From contig JAANOX010000088.1 of the NCBI GenBank assembly GCA_020184695.1, positions 22,640 to 86,639 on the forward strand: DNA of 64,000 nt, read 5' to 3'. Below are positions 62,701 through 64,000 of the stretch, in pieces. Source of the DNA: Histomonas meleagridis 2922-C6/04-290x (taxonomy: Eukaryota; Protista; Parabasalia). How positions within the stretch are numbered: position 1 is the first letter of the stretch; every line of letters starts with the position of its first letter. The position numbers and the translations under genes are program-made. Under the pieces are notes generated by a model, which saw nothing but the letters and a program-made list of their open reading frames with translations, ran no database searches and was not told where the DNA came from.

Positions 62701-64000
62701 ACATGTGACTATCATCACAAGTAACACTTACATATTCCCCCCACACACACACACGTACCACCCACAGGACACATGTGACTATCATCACAAGTAACACTTA
62801 CATATTCCCCCAACACCCACACGTACCACCCACAGGACACATGTGACTATCATCACAAGTAACACTTACATATTCCCCCCAACACCCACACGTACCACCC
62901 ACAGGACACATGTGACTATCATCCAAGTAACACTACATTCCCCAACACACAGTACCACCCACAGGACACATGTGACTATCATCACAAGTAACACTTACAT
63001 ATTCCCCCAACACCCACACGTACCACCCACAGGACACATGTGACTATCATCACAAGTAACACTTACATATTCCCCCCAACACCCACACGTACCACCCACA
63101 GGACACATGTGACTATCATCACAAGTAACACTTACATATTCCCCCCAACACCCACACGTACCACCCACAGGACACATGTGACTATCATCACAAGTAACAC
63201 TTACATATTCCCCCCAACACCCACACGTACCACCCACAGGACACATGTGACTATCATCACAAGTAACACTTACATATTCCCCCAACACCCACACGTACCA
63301 CCCACAGGACACATGTGACTATCATCACAAGTAACACTTACATATTCCCCCAACACCCACACGTACCACCCACAGGACACATGTGACTATCATCACAAGT
63401 AACACTTACATATTCCCCCAACACCCACACGTACCACCCACAGGACACATGTGACTATCATCACAAGTAACACTTACATATTCCCCCAACACCCACACGT
63501 ACCACCCACAGGACACATGTGACTATCATCACAAGTACACATTTCCCACACACGTACCACCCACAGGACACATGTGACTATCATCACAAGTAACACTTAC
63601 ATATTCCCCCAACACCCACACGTACCACCCACAGGACACATGTGACTATCATCACAAGTAACACTTACATATTCCCCCCAACACCCACACGTACCACCCA
63701 CAGGACACATGTGACTATCATCACAAGTAACACTTACATATTCCCCCAACACCCACACGTACCACCCACAGGACACATGTGACTATCATCACAAGTAACA
63801 CTTACATATTCCCCCAACACCCACACGTACCACCCACAGGACACATGTGACTATCATCACAAGTAACACTTACATATTCCCCCCAACACCCACACGTACC
63901 ACCCACAGGACACATGTGACTATCATCACAAGTAACACTTACATACACACCCACACGTACCACCCACAGGACACATGTGACTATCATCACAAGTAACACT
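59765..64000 (+). repeat. 69-nt satellite array, about 60 copies in the window, continuing beyond the window end
   Basis: Unit CACAGGACACATGTGACTATCATCACAAGTAACACTTACATATTCCCCCCAACACCCACACGTACCACC; about 48% GC; 27 C versus 6 G on the plus strand; C-run length varies from 5 to 7. Confidence 0.97.

Noticed and set aside
59275-64000. Thr/Pro/His-rich and Cys/Gly/Val-rich ORFs in the satellite as mucin-like genes
   Set aside because: They arise because 69 is divisible by 3. C-run length changes break the frame repeatedly and both strands give ORFs.

Overview
AT-rich, gene-dense eukaryotic DNA that looks parabasalid (trichomonad/Histomonas/Tritrichomonas type). This is inferred from BspA LRR and DUF3447-ankyrin genes, CCTTT (M5) and M3-like promoter motifs before ribosomal-protein genes, and stop codons embedded in TAAA; the species cannot be fixed from sequence. 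The window holds about 30 protein genes (PP1-like phosphatase, PIG-M, SPCS1, UBA3, CLASP, PUS10, RPS7, RPS24, a SUV39-like SET protein, a 1326-aa BspA and others), two tRNA genes, one decayed RLE-type non-LTR retrotransposon and a GC-rich 69-nt satellite running off the right end. Main discovery: four ankyrin loci look like frameshifted pseudogenes but are precisely structured. Each 90-nt ankyrin helix-turn-helix cassette is followed by an 80-nt AT-rich spacer that parses as 4 x (17-nt R..Y segment + one codon). The four isolated codons spell the missing ankyrin beta-hairpin linker (D-KWGK-T, D-EEGF-T, D-NYGY-T, T-NYGQ-S). This implies single-codon micro-exons separated by 17-nt non-GT-AG intervening sequences, removed by an unknown process. 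Second discovery: the retrotransposon sits exactly at the 3' end of tRNA-Met. Its 15-16 bp target-site duplication is the tRNA 3' end, and it carries a replacement Pol III terminator. All counts were made by hand and need computational confirmation.
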